A stretch of 63,968 nucleotides of DNA, counting the filler, from Craspedostauros australis (lineage: Eukaryota), in assembly GCA_030167865.1 (NCBI GenBank). It is 5 parts of 5 records of this genome, joined end to end, with 100 filler letters (N's around TTAATTAATTAA, not from the genome) between each part and the next. Parts side by side here need not be neighbours in the genome. Positions count along the whole stretch, not along the records: positions 60,351 to 62,055 come from JALAGF010005597.1; positions 62,156 to 63,968 come from JALAGF010005605.1; 3 more parts are not named here. One strand, written 5' to 3'. The position numbers and the translations under genes were made by a program. Every line of letters starts with the position of its first letter. The stretch's first letter is position 1. The notes under the pieces were generated by a model, which searched no databases, was not told the DNA's origin, and saw only the letters and a list, made by a program, of their open reading frames with translations. Of the stretch, positions 60,351 to 63,968 are shown in pieces.

Positions 60351-62055
60351 GGTTGGCCACAAACAGGACCTTGACACTTTTGAGGATGATGGAACACTAG
60401 TAACAGCTGCGATGGCTTTCAGGAAGTCTGACATGCAGAAAAACAACATTGTGGCAGCAGGTTGGCTGTTCGGCAGCCACAGCACCATGAATATGGAGGA
60501 TTTGGCAGAAGTAATCAATGAGCATGAGGTTGTGAAGAACCAATGCATAGTTCAACTTCACATCCATAAGATTCAACTGGTGAAGAAGAGAGGACAACAA
60601 TCAGAATTGGATGGCTACCACAACTGGCCAAGGGCCACCCACATCATGTGCAGCAAGTCAAAGCCCAGATCCTGCCATGTCGTGATGAAAGACATGGTCA
60701 ACAACTGTGCAGACACGGTACTCCTTCTCGGAAAACAGATGAGGTTCATGCTGGACGCTCTTGACCAACAGTTCTATCACCCACGCTTGGAACTCGCGAA
60801 CTTGAGTTTGATGGTAGCNCATCAGGTNGCATTCGAAAAGAAAATGGTGACAGAGGGCATGTACTCTATCATGCAGTTGGATGTGGAAGTGCTGATATGA
60901 AGACTCACTCTGCGCGAGGTCATCATGAATCTTTGGCCTTTCGAAGACCCAGACTACACATTGTTCATGTCAGTGGATACAGACAAGTCCGACCGCAATC
61001 GCACCTTTTTCATCTTCCATCCCAAATGACAGGTGGAAGCGCGGGGACTGATTTCCAAACTACCATTTTGTTTGCAGCAAAAAGCTGGACCATGCTCTTT
61101 TTCGAAGAATACAGCAAACACAACATACACAGACACGTGGAGGAATTGTTGGCAACAGCAAAGGCCCAAGGATGGACCATGACACAAGAGCAGCGCCTCC
61201 AGTTCGACAAGCTCCTGGAACAAACGAACCAGATCAGGCAGTTTGCAGAGAAAGGGTGCAGCAAGTTGAAAATGGGGGAAGTCGCATGGTCGCCAGAGAT
61301 ACAACGCTCTCAGGACGTGATTCAACTCTGGTCACTTGAGGTGAAGCATCTCCTGGGTGTGAAAGTGAACTCCTCTCTTCAACAGCAAGCCAGAAAGTGG
61401 GTAGGTCTCTAGGAAGGCATGAACCTCCAACAAGCACAGCAAATGTGCTCTGAAGCATACAAAGCCTACTAGAAGCAAAATATAGAGCACACGCAAGCAA
61501 GGCAAGATCACCTGGTGCAGATGGCAAGACAACGGCATGACTCAAACGAACAGGACTACGAAGCTGCTCTACAAATGCTCCTGAACAGGGAGAAGCAGCG
61601 AGAGCAAGCCGGCGGCCTCAGAGCAGCGTTTGGGCAAGGCAAATTGATGACCACCAAAGTTCTGTTAATGGACAACAAGGACAGCTGCATGAATGTAATG
61701 AGCAGTACAAGATAGTCACAGCATGCATCCAGGAAAACAAGAAGAGGTTCTCCCAGGTCAACAGCGCCCCCTGTATGATCGGCCAGGGCAAGCAACTCAT
61801 GGACCGTATATGGATACCAGAACTTGGACGACAGCTCGTTGAGACGGAGGCACCCATACCAGAGACAATTGACCCCATGATCAGGGTTCTGTTGGAGTCC
61901 CTTGAGTCTATTGTGCAGGACGAGTCGGAACTCACTGTAATGGAGCATTCGAAGGCCTGGAAAAAGCAGATGGAGCTCACCAATTCAGAGCTGAGCTGTC
62001 CCCATTTTGATCATTGCAAGGCTGCTGCAATGGTTCAGGCACTGGCCCACGTGGA
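60351..62055 (+). mobile_element. Degenerate non-LTR retrotransposon relic (ORF1-like and pre-RT ORF2 fragments)
   Basis: Broken ORFs with AEKGCSKLKMGEVAWSPE, ACIQENKKRFSQ and W..Q.E.T.S..S..HF.H.KA, which precede RT in diatom LINEs. Many stops and frameshifts. Confidence 0.68.
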
Positions 62056-62099
62056 NNNNNNNNNNNNNNNNNNNNNNNNNNNNNNNNNNNNNNNNNNNN

Positions 62100-62111
62100 T
62101 TAATTAATTAA
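62100..62111. other. Artificial contig linker TTAATTAATTAA
   Basis: Same linker flanked by N runs. Confidence 0.95.
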
Positions 62112-62155
62112 NNNNNNNNNNNNNNNNNNNNNNNNNNNNNNNNNNNNNNNNNNNN

Positions 62156-63968
62156 TTTAATAACAAATTAACCCTAAAAAATTTTATCGCTGTCATTCCA
62201 ATAATCACATCTATCCTTCATGCATTATTTCAACTACAATCTCATACGAAACTTAATAGTAACAACTTTTTTATCAAAATTCACACAAAATCGAATAAAA
62301 AGACATATCAAAGACCTTTACCTAAAATATAACATTTTTAGTCATATTTGCCCGCGTACGATCTTAAGTTTTAAATCATTCTTAAATAATAAAAAAAGAT
62401 TAAATTTCTATTTCACAAAGAATGAAACAATTCGTCAAGATCATTTTAGAAAAGCTAATACATATTTTAACTTAATAACTATAAACGTCTCTAACTAAAA
62501 CCTACATAATCAATAAAAACACTCACATACAACCTATCAATATAAAATATAACCATACTTATATTAAATATAACATATATTATCACCCAAATCACTTTCA
62601 TTAACATTAAAAAAAACATTAATTCCCTTAAAACAATCGATTGAATAAAATGCTCTCATGTCTAATTTAGATACTTATGTAGATACACTAAAGCAATTTT
62701 ATACTACTATATCCTTTTATGAATTCGTCAAATTTGAGTACTAAGTACATTATTTGAACCTTGAAGACTTTGAATCCGTCGATTTTACTTGTTTGTAACC
62801 TTAGTTCGTAACACAAGTCTTCCGTCTAAAAAATCTTTAAACTTCTTTAAATTTACAGAATGCCATCAACTCAAATTTATTTTAAAATCGGACTAAAATG
62901 ATTAAAATCAACTAACGATTCTTCTAATTTAATAACAAATTAACCCTAAAAAATTTTATCGCTGTCATTCCAATAATCACATCTATCCTTCATGCATTAT
63001 TTCAACTACGATCTCATACGAAACTTAATAGTAACACCTTTTTTATCAAAATTCGCACAAAATCGAATAAAAAGACATATCAAAGACCTTTTACCTAAAA
63101 TATAACATTTTTAGTCATATTTGCCCGCGTACGATCTTAAGTTTTAAATCATTCCTAAAAAATAAAAAAAGATTAAATTTCTATTTCACAAAAAATGAAA
63201 CAATTCGTCAAGATCATTTTAAAAAAACTAATACATACTTTAACTTAATAACTATAAACGTCTCTAACTAAAACCTACATAATCAATAAAAACACTCACA
63301 TACAACNNNNNNNNNNNNNNNNNNNNNNNNNNNNNNNNNNNNNNNNNNNNNNNNNNAAACAATTCGTCAAGATCATTTTAGAAAAACTAATACATACTTT
63401 AACTTAATAACTATAAACGTCTCTAACTAAAACCTACATAGTCAATAAAAGCACTCACATACAACCTATCAATATAAAATATAACTATACTTATATTAAA
63501 TATAACATATATTATCACCCAAATCATCCTCATTAACATTTTCACTAATTCCCTTAAAATAGTCGATTGAATAAAATGCTCCCATGTCTAATTTGTATGT
63601 TTATATANNNNNATTAAAGCGATTTTATACTGCAATATCGTTTTATAAATTCATCAAATTTAAGTGCTAAGTACATTGTTTAAACCTTGAAGACTTTTAA
63701 TCCGCCCATTTTACTTGTTCGTAACCCTCGTCTGCGCCATAAGTCTCTCGTCTAAAAAATCCTTAAACTTTTTTAAACTTGCAAAATGCCATCAACCCGA
63801 ATTTATTCTAAAATCGGACTAAATGATTAAAATCAACTAGCAATTCTTCTAATTTAATAATAAATTAACTCTAGAAAATTTTATCGCCGCCATTCCAATA
63901 ATCACATCTATCCTTCATGCTTGATTTCAACTACAATTTCATACAAAACTTGATAGTGACACCTTTTT
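62156..63968. repeat. AT-rich tandem satellite, ~772-bp monomer
   Basis: TTTAATAACAAATTAACCCTAAAAAATTTTATCGC recurs at 62156 and 62928, and diverged at 63853. Downstream sequence is collinear between copies. Confidence 0.9.

Overview
Eukaryotic, gene-dense draft sequence, most likely a diatom. Evidence for that: short GT-AG introns, signal peptide + F plastid-targeting leaders, a CoDi-type copia end and a diatom-type RNase H LINE. The window is at least five contigs joined by artificial N-TTAATTAATTAA-N linkers, so adjacency across those linkers is not real evidence. Host genes include a TauD/SyrP-like dioxygenase, a TPR protein, an SLC1/DAACS amino-acid symporter, membralin, a ~2228-aa five-exon unknown protein, a DUF177-like protein, peroxisomal malate synthase, a DUF1295 protein, an LRR protein, a coiled-coil protein and two ankyrin genes. 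There is also a four-lesion Rsm22/METTL17 pseudogene. Mobile DNA: a 5.7-kb Sola3-like DNA transposon with ~150-bp TIRs, a copia 3' end, two non-LTR retrotransposon fragments and a 772-bp AT-rich satellite. The two most interesting observations are (1) a 15 x 102-bp ankyrin array with a near-invariant framework and whole-codon variation concentrated at binding-surface positions, and (2) an unannotated domain shared between the transposon's upstream ORF and an ORF just outside its TIR. No database search was possible, so family calls rest on recognised motifs.
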